The notes: generated from the letters alone by a model not told the origin. Shown: positions 48,611 through 59,723, numbered from the stretch's first letter. The stretch: DNA of 64,000 bases from a virus (IMGVR_UViG_3300027714_000008:1-64000), one strand, 5' to 3'. Made by a program: numbers and translations.

Positions 48611-49389
48611 GCGCTATCTAAAGCTCCATAGAATGTTGTCGTAAATCCATAATCACTATCTGGACTTGCGGATGCTGGGTTAGGTATCACTCTGATTGTT
48701 GAAACTAACTCATCAGAGTCTTTTATACCACTATTTATAGTGTGTAATTTCATGTCTGCTTGACGTATAATCTTACCAGTTGTAACAGGACCATAGAAAT
48801 TAATTTTCATTTCAAAGTCTAAAGTGTAAAGAATACTACGTCTTTGCTCTAAAGCACCTTCATAGTCGTCTGTGAATGAAACACTCTGCAAAGAAATAGG
48901 GCTGTCTTCTAATATATCTTCACCTGCAATAGGCTTTATTGTTAAAGTATATTGTGGAGCAAAGTAAGGAACAATCTGTTCAACTATTTGTAACGCATCA
49001 TCTTGAGACTTTGCATAGATGTTTAATTGAAAGTTTATATTATAAGGTACTGGTGTTTTAACTTTGTTTCTATCGTAAACACTAGTGCCTGTAGTGTTAA
49101 ACTGATTGACCTTACTTAATTGTCTGACTGGATCATAAACAATATTAACAATCTCGAATGATATGCGAGGAAGTTTGATAGCCAATTGTCTTTCAGCATC
49201 TTCACCATTAGTCTGTGATCTAAGACGTTCAATAAAATCACGTTTAGGCGCATATGTCAATGGTACTTTAACTTGACTTATTACTGCGCCAGCAGAGTTC
49301 TTACGTAACACATGTAAGTTATTAAACAGACTGCCAAACACGGCAACTGATTTACGAATTCTTTGATGATAGAAATATGTACCAAACAT
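48607..49389 (-). CDS. 15: tail sheath stabiliser gp15
   Basis: FGSLFN, LPRISFE, QIVEQIVPYFAP. Confidence 0.93.
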   Translation of the reverse strand: MFGTYFYHQRIRKSVAVFGSLFNNLHVLRKNSAGAVISQVKVPLTYAPKRDFIERLRSQTNGEDAERQLAIKLPRISFEIVNIVYDPVRQLSKVNQFNTTGTSVYDRNKVKTPVPYNINFQLNIYAKSQDDALQIVEQIVPYFAPQYTLTIKPIAGEDILEDSPISLQSVSFTDDYEGALEQRRSILYTLDFEMKINFYGPVTTGKIIRQADMKLHTINSGIKDSDELVSTIRVIPNPASASPDSDYGFTTTFYGALDSA

Positions 49390-49392
49390 TAT

Positions 49393-50310
49393 TTAAGTCT
49401 CCACGTCACCAAATGGGTTGCTTTCAGAGAAGTCTAAGAAGCCACCAGCTATGGTTTTAAAATCAGCATTTTGTTCATCGTCAGAAATTCTATTATCCTC
49501 TACAACACCACTAGCCTGTACGACACCTTTTGCACCCGATGTTAGACCTGTGATTGTTCCAGAGTCAAGGAATTCACGGAACTTACCATCTGTAGAACCA
49601 ATGTGAGCCAAAGATAACACGCTATCAGAATCAGAAGCAAAGTTAGCCGCTGGTGCAAATGCGACGACTTCACCCCTCATAAATATTCCAAGGTCACTGT
49701 CAAGTGTCTGTGAAACGTTTTCGCCAACTTGGAACAAAGTTGCGCTTGATGAATCTTGATGTAATGTAAGATCCATTTGATAGGCACTATGCTTTTCAAT
49801 ATCATCAATAGCTTTGACACCTGTATCAAAATCTTCATCATTGTATTCGAATAGAGAACAACGCATTTTAAATGTTGGTAGATTCTTAAGCTGATAAAAA
49901 GGCGATTCGTCTTCGACCTTTTGAATTTCAAAAGTAGAGTTTGACATAGGCAAATGTATTAAATCACCTTCTCTAGGTCTATAGAAAGCAATATCATTCT
50001 TACCGACTAATTGATCAAAGCGACGTCGTGCAACAATAAACGTTGCTTCGTCTCTTATCTCAACACCGAATTTTGAAAACAAGTCTCTTTCACCATCAAA
50101 ACCTTCTAGGTTCTCAATATACATTTCAATCTTATGAGATTTTTTAAATTTAGAAACAGAGTCGTCACCAAATATACGATCTTCGTTTACTAATTCACGA
50201 GGAATATAGAAAACGTCTTGACCATACATTTGTAGAGACTCAATTATTATGTCTTCATATAATGTCTGTTCGCTTTTAACGCCGACATTGAAGTATGCAT
50301 TGGTTGCCAT
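49393..50310 (-). CDS. 14: neck protein gp14
   Basis: GQDVFYIPR, SKFGVEIRDE, PREGDLI, DFSESNPFG. Confidence 0.93.
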   Translation of the reverse strand: MATNAYFNVGVKSEQTLYEDIIIESLQMYGQDVFYIPRELVNEDRIFGDDSVSKFKKSHKIEMYIENLEGFDGERDLFSKFGVEIRDEATFIVARRRFDQLVGKNDIAFYRPREGDLIHLPMSNSTFEIQKVEDESPFYQLKNLPTFKMRCSLFEYNDEDFDTGVKAIDDIEKHSAYQMDLTLHQDSSSATLFQVGENVSQTLDSDLGIFMRGEVVAFAPAANFASDSDSVLSLAHIGSTDGKFREFLDSGTITGLTSGAKGVVQASGVVEDNRISDDEQNADFKTIAGGFLDFSESNPFGDVET

Positions 50311-50311
50311 A

Positions 50312-51067
50312 TTATCCTACAAAGAAATCTGGTGGAAATTCGTGTTCTAGTCGCATTGTTTCTTTTAGTGTTGCAATCTCGGCAGTAGCATCGTCATACA
50401 ATTGTCTACCATTAAGAAGAACGCCGCCTGGAAGTTGCATACCTTCAAACTTAATTAGGTTTGCACCCCATTGTTGTTTTATCAACTGTGTGGTGAAGTC
50501 TTTTACAAACATATCATTATAGACTGATGTGAAAGTTTCTGGATTAATTATGTTGTCTGTTTCAAGAACTACGTAATCACCAGCTTTAATAGATTTATCA
50601 TTCATGTTACTAAACCACTTTAGACGATTCTGATGTCTACGGAAATTTACTTGTGGCGTGCCAGTCAATTGACTTTCTAGTAAAGATAGATATTGTTGCA
50701 TCTGTGTGAAGTAACCAAGATCACCTATAAAGCTACCTTGGTTTGCCACATCTTGTAGCATCAATTGATATTTAATACTAAAAAAGTTTCTTGAAACTGA
50801 TGCACCAGTTTGTATTGGTAATGCTTTTATAACATACAATATATTGGTAGGTAAAGTTATATATTCGTTTGTAATGTCTGTAGCAGTCATTAAATGAACA
50901 TGAAAACCTCTTGATACTGCATCAGAATGAAACTCTGCATAATACTGTAGAGCGTCGTCTATACGATCGTCTATTTGATCCTCGTCTACGTTAATTTCAA
51001 TGACAGGAGCACCTAGCCTACGAAGAGCATGGTCTTGTAATTGTACTCTGCTTGTAACAATAGCCAT
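50312..51067 (-). CDS. 13: neck protein gp13
   Basis: LRRLGAPVIEINV, KQQWGANL.KF, LPGG. Confidence 0.93.
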   Translation of the reverse strand: MAIVTSRVQLQDHALRRLGAPVIEINVDEDQIDDRIDDALQYYAEFHSDAVSRGFHVHLMTATDITNEYITLPTNILYVIKALPIQTGASVSRNFFSIKYQLMLQDVANQGSFIGDLGYFTQMQQYLSLLESQLTGTPQVNFRRHQNRLKWFSNMNDKSIKAGDYVVLETDNIINPETFTSVYNDMFVKDFTTQLIKQQWGANLIKFEGMQLPGGVLLNGRQLYDDATAEIATLKETMRLEHEFPPDFFVG

Positions 51068-51128
51068 TAAAAATAATCCTTCTGGTGTAATAGGAGAGAG
51101 ATATTATTCCCTCTCCATTCTATTTAGC

Positions 51129-54100
51129 TTAGTTTAATAGGTTGCCAGCGGCATTATATACATTAATTCTATAATGAGAAGCCGCTTGTCCGTCTAAAGT
51201 ACCAGCATTAACACCACTTGTGCCGTTGACATCAACTGTTCTAAGGGCAGTTAGTATCTGTGCGGCTGTCTGATCGGCTGTAGCACTTGATTCAATGCCG
51301 TCTAGTTTAGTACCATCGGCGGCAACGTCACGACCATCAACTGTTCCCGATGCGGCAAGGTTGACAACAGTTAACGTACCTGAGCTAGAATTAAAGGTAA
51401 GATTAGAACCACTCTTTGGCGGCAATTCGCCTGTCGCACCAGTTGTAAATAATGGAAAACAAGTCGTATCACTTGATTCATCTGCTACTGTAACAGCAGT
51501 AGCAACAGCTGCTAAAGCAACATCAATATTAGCCGTACCATTGAAAGATGTACCACCGATAGTTCTTGCAGTTGCTAATGCAGTTGCAGTTGCCGATAAA
51601 TCTACTGCAATATTAGCACTACCATTAAATGATGTTCCACCAATAGTCCTTGCAGTTGTTAAAGTGGCGGCTGAACCAGATGTGTTTTGATTACCAGTTG
51701 CATTAACACCAGCAAGGTTTATATTCGCTGATCCATTAAATGATACACCACCAATAGTCCTTGCAGTTGCTAATGTAGTTGCGGTATTCGCTAAACCCAC
51801 TGCAATATTAGCACTACCATTAAATGATGTACCGCCAATTGTTCTTGCAGTTGTTAGCGTAGCGGCTGAACCAGATGTGTTTTGATTACCAGTTGCATTA
51901 ACACCAGCAAGATTTATATTAGCACCACCATTAAACGATACGCCACCAATAGTTCTTGCAGTTGCCAATGTAGTTGCAGTTGCGGCATTACCAGTGACTT
52001 CACCAGTAAAATTAGTTGCTGTTATTTTACCTGTACTTGGATTGTAAGTAAGCCCTGTGTCATGTTTTATCGCCGTAACTGCGCCACTTGTTGCCGCGTC
52101 AAACTTAATTGTAAAGTTTGTGTTAGTTGATTCGTCTGCTGTTGTTACAGCACCAGCAGCTGCCCATGATAGTGTTTTGTCACCACTTGTTACTAAGGCT
52201 TGTCCAGCAGAACCATCTGCATTTGGCAATGTCCATATAACGTTAGCGGATGGAGAAACTGGTTGACCAAATCCTACATAGTTACTTGCGTTACTGTCAA
52301 GGAACCTTTGTTCTGTTACTGCTGACACAAGTGATGTTAATACGCCTGAGCTAGGGTTATATGTTAAGCCAGTATCCGTCTCAATACCCTGTGTCCCTGT
52401 TGCACCATCTACGAATGTAGGAAATACTGTTTCATTGGCTGTATTGTTAGCAGTTGCCGTAATTGCAGTTCCTATTGCTGCAGTGCCAGATGTGTTTTGA
52501 TTACCAGCAGCATTAACACCAGCAAGGTTTATATTCGCTGATCCATTAAAGGATACGCCACCGATTGTTCTTGGAGTAGCTAAGATGGTTGCAGTTGCCG
52601 CATTACCAGTTAATTCACCTGTAAGTGCGCCCTCAAATGTACCAGCTTTAACAATACCCAACGTGACTGAACTATCAGCCATGTTTATAGTACCTGAAAC
52701 ATCAGAGTCGTAAGCGTTTAAGAATGTCCACTTAGTCTCACTCACATCAAAGAATAGACCCACGTGAGTGTGGCCTATACCTGAGCTACCAGTGTTTCTG
52801 TTTGTAAATATACCAGTATCAACATTGATAGGAGATGCTGAACCTAGCCATGCGTTATTTAATGTGTGACCAGTTACTGCACCAAATTCTACACTAATAC
52901 CATTTGCTAATGTGTGCGCACTATCGTTAATTCTAATATTTTCACCTAGGACAGTAGAAAATGCAGAGTCATAAGAAAACTTGAATGAGTCACCAGCCGA
53001 GTCTGCACTATCAATTGCAAGATAGAAAGCTCTGTTGACAATATCTGTAAAGTGACCTTTAAGAACCGCATCATCAAGACCTGAACCTGTTACCAATGCA
53101 GTGTTTGCATCACCTATTGTATCACCTTGGTTAAGATTATTAAATGCGCCACCAATATTGATATTCTGTGTGGATGCGTTTACTTGAGTACCTAAAACTG
53201 TTAAGTTATTACCAACAACCAAATTAGTGCCTATGTGAGCATCACCAATAGTTCTAAAAGTTTGAGTCGTATCATGGCTTAACTCGACCAGAATTTGTCC
53301 AGTGCTTGCATGACTTGTTAAAACACGACCAACTGTAATTGGAAAGTTAGGGAATGAATTTTCTGTACTAGACAATGCACCAGCTGATGCTCCAAGGAAT
53401 ACAGCGGCATTGGCAGTCAAAGAAGACGTGTCGATGTTATTTACTAGACCTGAGTTTGTTACGTACCCAAATGTGCCATTCTCAATATCATGGGTTGCAA
53501 GACCAGAAACTTCGTAGTGATCCGCGTTTGATCCGTTTGCAAGTCCGATTGTAGGTGTAGTACCTTGCACACCAACATAATAGACTGGTTTACCATCAAG
53601 GATTGTTGCACCAGATCCGTTATAAACTCTAGTAACTTGCTCTTGACCAACTTGTAAAGTCATAGCAGCTTCGTCGTTGTAGACTGCTAAAGCACCGAAT
53701 GCTGAGTCGTAAAATACTCGACCTTCTGCATGTGCAGGGATAATACCAGAATAATCTAAGAAGCCTGGTGCAATTGAAGTGGCAGTGACAACATCGAATG
53801 TTACGTCGTCTGTTGTTGCAACTGCTTGACCAATAGCAATGTCGTTGGCATTTACTGTGACACCAGTACCAGCACCAATGTTTAATGTGCGTGTAGCTGC
53901 AATAGTACCACCGCCTGTCAAACCTGCACCAGCAGTAATTGTTACGCCGGTGTGATCAATATGTTCGTTTGCAACAAATCCACTTAGATTGTCGTGTACG
54001 ATTTGTCCGTCATTAGTTGTGATGTTATCTGCATTTGCAGTTAAACCAGTACCAGCAATAACATTAAGTGTACGATTGGCGGCGATAGTACCACCGCCTG

Positions 54101-55007
54101 TTAAACCAGTGCCCGCAATAACAGAAACACCTGAGTGATCGATATGCTCATTTGCAACAAATCCGCTTAGACTGTCATGTACAATGTCACCATCAGTTGT
54201 AGTAATCACACCAGTGCTATCATTGTATGTAATACCAGTACCACCACTTATAGCGTTCTTAGCGTCACTGTCTGCACGAGCAGTCGTGTAATAAAGGTTA
54301 CTACCTTCTGTAAGATTAGCTGTAGTGAAAGGACCTAGTGTAGCAGTTGCAGTAAATGTACCACCATCTGCTGTACCAATTGTTAAGATGCCGTTACTAC
54401 TATCGTATCCAAATGATGCAACACCTGCAACTGGAAATACTCCAGCAGAGTCTATTAGTCCTTGAGCGTTTACTGTAAATTTTGGAACTAAAGAACCAGA
54501 ACCATAAGTACCAGCAGTCACACCTGTGTTTGTTATTGATATTTTACCAGCGGCAGAGTCGTATGTAATTCCTGTGGAAGCTACTAGCTTGGCTCTTACT
54601 TCTGCTACACTAGGACCTGTATATGTTAATACGCCTGTTGCAGGGACATATGCAAAAGAACCATCTCCACCAGCGTCTGTTAGACTGATTGCGTTCTTTG
54701 CATCAGAATCAGCTCTTGCTGTAGTGTAGTATAGATTATTACCTTCGCCTAAGTTGGTAGTGCTTTTTGTAGCTATTCGTACATCAAAGGCAGAGTCAAC
54801 TCTTGATGTTGTATGATACAAATTGCTACTGCCTTCAGTAATCTCATCTGTATTATCCTTTGATGCTATTTGTGTAGCAACGTATGCTTGCGTAGCAACT
54901 GGAAGGTTTGCCTGAGTTATAATGCCACTTACGTTTACTGAACTATCAAACGTTGAAGGTCCTTTGACTGTAATGCCATTCTTAACTATAAAATTCTTGT
55001 CTGCCAT
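51129..55007 (-). CDS. long repetitive tail fibre/virion fibre protein
   Basis: G/A/T/S-rich; EGSNLYYT, AGTGLTGGG and TARTIGG repeats. Confidence 0.85.
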   Translation of the reverse strand: MADKNFIVKNGITVKGPSTFDSSVNVSGIITQANLPVATQAYVATQIASKDNTDEITEGSSNLYHTTSRVDSAFDVRIATKSTTNLGEGNNLYYTTARADSDAKNAISLTDAGGDGSFAYVPATGVLTYTGPSVAEVRAKLVASTGITYDSAAGKISITNTGVTAGTYGSGSLVPKFTVNAQGLIDSAGVFPVAGVASFGYDSSNGILTIGTADGGTFTATATLGPFTTANLTEGSNLYYTTARADSDAKNAISGGTGITYNDSTGVITTTDGDIVHDSLSGFVANEHIDHSGVSVIAGTGLTGGGTIAANRTLNVIAGTGLTANADNITTNDGQIVHDNLSGFVANEHIDHTGVTITAGAGLTGGGTIAATRTLNIGAGTGVTVNANDIAIGQAVATTDDVTFDVVTATSIAPGFLDYSGIIPAHAEGRVFYDSAFGALAVYNDEAAMTLQVGQEQVTRVYNGSGATILDGKPVYYVGVQGTTPTIGLANGSNADHYEVSGLATHDIENGTFGYVTNSGLVNNIDTSSLTANAAVFLGASAGALSSTENSFPNFPITVGRVLTSHASTGQILVELSHDTTQTFRTIGDAHIGTNLVVGNNLTVLGTQVNASTQNINIGGAFNNLNQGDTIGDANTALVTGSGLDDAVLKGHFTDIVNRAFYLAIDSADSAGDSFKFSYDSAFSTVLGENIRINDSAHTLANGISVEFGAVTGHTLNNAWLGSASPINVDTGIFTNRNTGSSGIGHTHVGLFFDVSETKWTFLNAYDSDVSGTINMADSSVTLGIVKAGTFEGALTGELTGNAATATILATPRTIGGVSFNGSANINLAGVNAAGNQNTSGTAAIGTAITATANNTANETVFPTFVDGATGTQGIETDTGLTYNPSSGVLTSLVSAVTEQRFLDSNASNYVGFGQPVSPSANVIWTLPNADGSAGQALVTSGDKTLSWAAAGAVTTADESTNTNFTIKFDAATSGAVTAIKHDTGLTYNPSTGKITATNFTGEVTGNAATATTLATARTIGGVSFNGGANINLAGVNATGNQNTSGSAATLTTARTIGGTSFNGSANIAVGLANTATTLATARTIGGVSFNGSANINLAGVNATGNQNTSGSAATLTTARTIGGTSFNGSANIAVDLSATATALATARTIGGTSFNGTANIDVALAAVATAVTVADESSDTTCFPLFTTGATGELPPKSGSNLTFNSSSGTLTVVNLAASGTVDGRDVAADGTKLDGIESSATADQTAAQILTALRTVDVNGTSGVNAGTLDGQAASHYRINVYNAAGNLLN
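51500..52600 (-). repeat. TARTIGG(V/T)SFNG(S/T)ANI fibre repeats
   Basis: six copies, long and short units alternating. Confidence 0.85.
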
Positions 55008-55026
55008 GGTTCATTGTCCCCGATGG

Positions 55027-55653
55027 TTATGTGATAATTGTTTGGTGGGCTTTAACTAATATTGTATTTGCAGGATTACGTGTAAATTTAACTTCAATTG
55101 TGCCTGAGTTATTTGTTACAGCTAAAGATCCTAGATCACTATCACCAGTATGTACTATACCATATTCTGTACTTGCTATATTTGTTCCGTCAAATGCAGT
55201 CAATATTTTAGAGATTTGTGTCTCTGTAGAACTGCCATTGTATGCTGAAATATTAAATTCTATTGCAGTGGATGCACCACCTGTTACATATGATGCAACG
55301 ATTGTAGCTGATCCGCTTGTTACTGATACACCAACTGGTTGTGCTTTAACTATACCATTCTTAGTATAAAGAGTGCCAATGTAAGCACCTCTAAATCTTA
55401 TATCATCTGTGCCAATATCAATCGCATCTGAATCAGAGGCAAATAATGCACCAGAAATAGTTGCACTATCAAGTGTTTTATTAGTTAGTGTTTGTGCACC
55501 CGACGTTGTAACAGATTCAAATCCACCAGCGGTCGAACCATTATGTACTCTAATACTATTTAATTGATTATCATATGAGATTTCACCAGCAGCCCCAGTA
55601 AAGTTATTATTCTGAGCTGTTGTGCCTCGTCTAAACTGGACTACTGTAGGCAT
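55027..55653 (-). CDS. virion structural protein (Mtd/hyaluronidase-type N-terminus)
   Basis: VQFRRGT...GEI.YD...VHNG.TAGG. Confidence 0.7.
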   Translation of the reverse strand: MPTVVQFRRGTTAQNNNFTGAAGEISYDNQLNSIRVHNGSTAGGFESVTTSGAQTLTNKTLDSATISGALFASDSDAIDIGTDDIRFRGAYIGTLYTKNGIVKAQPVGVSVTSGSATIVASYVTGGASTAIEFNISAYNGSSTETQISKILTAFDGTNIASTEYGIVHTGDSDLGSLAVTNNSGTIEVKFTRNPANTILVKAHQTIIT

Positions 55654-55671
55654 TTATTTAATTCCTTATTT

Positions 55672-56157
55672 CTATACACTTGAATCTACGCCAAGATCTA
55701 TTGTTGCTAACGAACCTACAGGATTCATACATTCAAATGTTCCGCCTGTTGAAATTCCAAACGCATCAATTTGACCTGTTGAGTCTACTGTTCCATAATT
55801 ACCTTCTGGAAAGTTAACTGCTCCAACGCCTGTTATGACTGCGTTATCTACATATATTTTATTTACCGCATCATTATTATCAGAAGGCGAAGATAAATTA
55901 ACAATCCTAAGACTGTTCATGTTTATCTGACCAGTCATTGTTCCACCAGATGTGAGCAATGTTTCTGATTGTGCCGAATCTATTTGAGCCTTTATAGCAT
56001 CAGAATCAGTAAAAAATTTAACTACATTATCGGCATTTTTATAAAAAAGTCTTCCGTCTTTATAGTTAATAGCCAATTCACCATAGGCCAAATCGCCAAC
56101 AAGAGGTATCTTGCCAGCCGAATCTGATTTAAGTAATCTAATCTCTACGTTAGACAA
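55672..56157 (-). CDS. virion fibre-like protein
   Basis: GELAINYKDGRLFYK, GGTMTG, DAVNKIYVD; late promoter at 56201-56208. Confidence 0.7.
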   Translation of the reverse strand: MSNVEIRLLKSDSAGKIPLVGDLAYGELAINYKDGRLFYKNADNVVKFFTDSDAIKAQIDSAQSETLLTSGGTMTGQINMNSLRIVNLSSPSDNNDAVNKIYVDNAVITGVGAVNFPEGNYGTVDSTGQIDAFGISTGGTFECMNPVGSLATIDLGVDSSV

Positions 56158-56212
56158 TGTCTATTCTTTTCTTTTTAGTAAAACTATATAATATTAGTTC
56201 TATTTATAACGA

Positions 56213-57205
56213 TTAATACTCGCCGCCGTCAACAATATTCAAAGTTACACCACCATTAACTACAGTGAATTGAGTATTATCAAAGAAAGCTAAACCTCTT
56301 TGCGTGTATGAGGCGTTAAATACATTGATTTTAAACTTACCGCTTGATGAATCCAAGTTAAAACCGATAGATGCATCAGCAGTAGTTATCTTTGCTCCTA
56401 CATCAGAATCGAAACCTAAATATGAACCAGCAAGTGTACTCGCTTTAAATGGCGCAAGTGAAAATGACGAGTGTGCTATATTAATTGCAGTCGATCCTGT
56501 TGGATCTAGTGTATAGTTATCATACACCTTAAATGTCTTATCTGTTGCGTCTCTGAACATACCAGTAAACGCAAAACCTGAACTATCTTCTTTGCGTCCA
56601 GCCGCATAACCAATATCAATAGAAGCGTTTGGGCTTCCAGCTGAGTCATTAGAGTTAAGCTTGATGTGATGGTCTGCAAGGTTCAAAGTCTCTGAATTAA
56701 TAACAGTCTGTGTGCCTGTAACTGTAAGCCCACCTGTAATTGTGAGATTTGCCAAAGACAAAGTGTCGTCAATATTAATAGCAACGTTGTTATTAGTTAC
56801 TACTGTTCTTAAACCATTACCACCCGAAAAAGTTAAAGTGTCAGCTAGGATTGATACAGAATCAGTTCCAGAGTCGCCAGCCAAAGCAATGTTAGTAGCA
56901 ACACTTATTTCTCCAGCAGAGTCAAGTCTACCATCCGAAAGTATTTTTATTTGTGGTATTTTTGTGGCTGAACCATAAGTTCCAGCAGTAACATTAACAG
57001 GAGGTAAAGCATCCGAGGCTTCCCATTTGCCAACAGACGAATCATACGCAAGAAGGTTGCCGTGTGATGCACCCGAAACATCTACGTCAGATAAACTTGC
57101 AAATGATCCACCAGATTGAACAATGCTACGTATTGGTGCGCCAACAACCACTTTTTTTACTTGAGTTTCATTCAACCCAGCGATTATGACAGTTCTATCA
57201 ACCAT
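56213..57205 (-). CDS. virion fibre-like protein
   Basis: LSDVD, VTAGTYGS, LTVTGTQT. Confidence 0.7.
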   Translation of the reverse strand: MVDRTVIIAGLNETQVKKVVVGAPIRSIVQSGGSFASLSDVDVSGASHGNLLAYDSSVGKWEASDALPPVNVTAGTYGSATKIPQIKILSDGRLDSAGEISVATNIALAGDSGTDSVSILADTLTFSGGNGLRTVVTNNNVAINIDDTLSLANLTITGGLTVTGTQTVINSETLNLADHHIKLNSNDSAGSPNASIDIGYAAGRKEDSSGFAFTGMFRDATDKTFKVYDNYTLDPTGSTAINIAHSSFSLAPFKASTLAGSYLGFDSDVGAKITTADASIGFNLDSSSGKFKINVFNASYTQRGLAFFDNTQFTVVNGGVTLNIVDGGEY

Positions 57206-57214
57206 AGCTTTGTA

Positions 57215-57571
57215 TTACCTTGTAATCGATGCGTTTACGTTAATTCTTCCTTCTAACACTCTTTCAACAATTAACGTAGAAGAGCTATCAAGATACTGTA
57301 TTTCAGCATCGTAAAGGTATCGACCAGGTTTAAGTATTTCAGTTTGAGCATTAGTCAAAGAAAGATTTACAATGCCTGATGTCGCAGGGCTTGTAATCAC
57401 GGCTAAGAAATCGTGGCTATCTGCACTATCAGAATTTATTGATCTTTTTAATTTTGCTTTAGCAGAAAAATTAGTTAAATTCTTAGCAGTATCATCTATT
57501 GAGTTTACTAAGTGTACTTCAATAGCTACGTCAGTACCTTGATCTATTTCAATTTCTTCGTATTGTGCCAT
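57215..57571 (-). CDS. baseplate/BppU-like Ig-fold structural protein
   Basis: IDQGTD, LSLTNAQT..LKPGRYLYD, RVLEG; late promoter at 57602-57609. Confidence 0.7.
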   Translation of the reverse strand: MAQYEEIEIDQGTDVAIEVHLVNSIDDTAKNLTNFSAKAKLKRSINSDSADSHDFLAVITSPATSGIVNLSLTNAQTEILKPGRYLYDAEIQYLDSSSTLIVERVLEGRINVNASITR

Positions 57572-57604
57572 GAATGGTACCTTTACTTGTGTTCTTTACA
57601 TTAT

Positions 57605-58387
57605 TTATAACAAATATTTCCCCATACCAGAATAAAAAATAGATTCGTGGCAAGAATTAAATACACAAATAGCTTTACTTTCATCATAAAAAACTAATAC
57701 TTTACCGATCACAGCTCCACCAGCTGCTAATGTAGACTCTGTGTCTAATCTAATAAAGTAAGATTTATCTGGATCAATGTGAGGTGTAAGTTTACATCTA
57801 AAATACCAATCATCTTCACTTAAACTACAAAAATTAGCACTAGGAATTTCATAGCTAAAAAATCTATCAATGCCATGATATAGATTAGTATAAAGTTTTA
57901 TTGATTTTACAAACTTATTATATAAGTCTTGATTCTCATTGTTGTACCAAACCATAATTGAAGAATTGTAATAAGGTTTGGTATGTTTCGAAAACTCCTG
58001 AAAATAATCATTAGAATAATCATTTAAACTTTCCTCAAAAACTTGATCTATTAGAGTTAGTTTATTATGTGACGCTTCATCAAATAGATGATCGATATTA
58101 TTTTGTATCACTACATCTAAATCTAAATAAAGATTGACACCATCATAATCATTTTGTTTAAACATGGTAAGTTTCCACCACCAAGCTTTTAAATCGAGTC
58201 GCGTGTCTAATGAAACAATGCTTATTCTTTCGTCAACACCCTCAGAATCTTCTGTATAACAATAAAAGTTAAATGGCAAAGTGATGTTTCTCTCTGCCAT
58301 TCTATAGAGTCTATTTACATGTTCAGCAGTGAACTTGTCACCCCATTTAACACATACTACGTTGTGTTCCAAATCTTTTGTACCCAT
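57605..58387 (-). CDS. glycosyltransferase (GT-A, GT8-like)
   Basis: VCVKWGDKF, WWKL, YLDLDVVI (DxD), YNSSIMVW. Confidence 0.8.
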   Translation of the reverse strand: MGTKDLEHNVVCVKWGDKFTAEHVNRLYRMAERNITLPFNFYCYTEDSEGVDERISIVSLDTRLDLKAWWWKLTMFKQNDYDGVNLYLDLDVVIQNNIDHLFDEASHNKLTLIDQVFEESLNDYSNDYFQEFSKHTKPYYNSSIMVWYNNENQDLYNKFVKSIKLYTNLYHGIDRFFSYEIPSANFCSLSEDDWYFRCKLTPHIDPDKSYFIRLDTESTLAAGGAVIGKVLVFYDESKAICVFNSCHESIFYSGMGKYLL

Positions 58388-59022
58388 TCTGCTTTGTCCT
58401 CAATCATATTGTCGTCATATATGAAATGTACTAGCTTGATTTGATCGCCAAACTTCTCTTGAGTTATCAAAGGCTTGTTATAGTAATCGTAGTATTTATT
58501 TATTATATCCTTGTTGTTTCTGGACGAACCTTCTGTATGAACACCTAACCATTGGCCTGGGAGTTCCTCTATAAAGTAATTAGAATCAGTAACAAAGTTT
58601 TGTTCGCCCATTCCCATAATACCAATTAATTTTCCATAGTGATTAATCCAGAAATCAGGATTAGAATAAAATTTGTCGTAAACGGCAAGTTGATTATAAC
58701 CAGGATTAATTTTATAAAACCCACCATTATATTTACAACCACTGTTTTTCCACCATCTTGGAAACGCTCCAATATGATTTTCTACAATGTCATAGTTGAA
58801 TAGTTCATCTAGGCTTCCATTAACAATAATATCTATGTCCATAACAATGCAAGGATCTTGGCGTTTAAAAAAAGATATTTTATCCCAATGACCATTAGGG
58901 CAATCAGTCTTTACAATAAAGTTAAAATCGCCAGAATAATTCCTAGCTATGCCATTTTGTAAATTGTCAATATATTTTGAGCTATACTTTTCACCGAAAT
59001 GTGTTACGCATATATCAATCAT
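58357..59022 (-). CDS. glycosyltransferase (GT-A), paralog of the adjacent gene
   Basis: GEKYS, WDKI, MDIDII, YNGGF, GEQNF, LVHF. Confidence 0.75.
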   Translation of the reverse strand: MIDICVTHFGEKYSSKYIDNLQNGIARNYSGDFNFIVKTDCPNGHWDKISFFKRQDPCIVMDIDIIVNGSLDELFNYDIVENHIGAFPRWWKNSGCKYNGGFYKINPGYNQLAVYDKFYSNPDFWINHYGKLIGIMGMGEQNFVTDSNYFIEELPGQWLGVHTEGSSRNNKDIINKYYDYYNKPLITQEKFGDQIKLVHFIYDDNMIEDKAEWVQKIWNTT

Positions 59023-59723
59023 TCAATGCCTATTTCTTCTAGTACGTCTTCCCAAAAGCCTTTACTTGTTTGATCAAATACATAAGACACTGTAAATCTC
59101 CAACAATCAGTAGAAGCCATATGATACACCAAGTTTTCAGGACCATCTTCATATGATCCAAAGTAAAAGGCTTTAGCTTGCCAACCCACTTTATCTTTTA
59201 CTAAAACTTCTTCACCAGTTTTAGGATCTACATGTTTCCAATACCCATCACCAGTTTCAGACCAAGTTAAAACTATATTGTAACTTGGTGCGTTTGCATT
59301 ATTATGCCAACCAATGTAGCCACCAGGAGGGTACACAGCCGCCAAAGCATTAGATCTAGTGCTTAAAATAGAAGACAACTTTTTATTAAGCCTTATGTAG
59401 TTGTCATTAAAGTATTTCTCTTTGATTTTATCATCGTCTGTCCTTGGAGTTCTATCCCAATAATCAGATGTTTTTACTTGCTTAAATGTATACCCATAAA
59501 GACATTCAGGATAACCATCGTGGTCTTTATAATCAGCCATGATTTTCTTTTTGTATGCGTCACTTATATTTTCTTCACGTTTGTTTTTTTCGTTGTTTGC
59601 ATTTATAAGATAAGCATGTTTTTTAAAAGATTCTAAATCGTTATACCAAAGGTCTTTAAACTCATTGAGTGTATCAAGAACTTCGTTATTAACAATGTTA
59701 ACACTTGTCATAGTCTTTGTCAT
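59019..59723 (-). CDS. putative 2OG-Fe(II) oxygenase-like protein
   Basis: YPPGGYIGWHNN...VYH...WRFT; paralog of 14842-15519. Confidence 0.55.
   Translation of the reverse strand: MTKTMTSVNIVNNEVLDTLNEFKDLWYNDLESFKKHAYLINANNEKNKREENISDAYKKKIMADYKDHDGYPECLYGYTFKQVKTSDYWDRTPRTDDDKIKEKYFNDNYIRLNKKLSSILSTRSNALAAVYPPGGYIGWHNNANAPSYNIVLTWSETGDGYWKHVDPKTGEEVLVKDKVGWQAKAFYFGSYEDGPENLVYHMASTDCWRFTVSYVFDQTSKGFWEDVLEEIGIE

Noticed and set aside
385-57000. Many antisense or shifted ORFs in the track (e.g. 385-648, 44240-44557, 51295-51690)
   Set aside because: Shadows of well-supported genes; no RBS or family motifs
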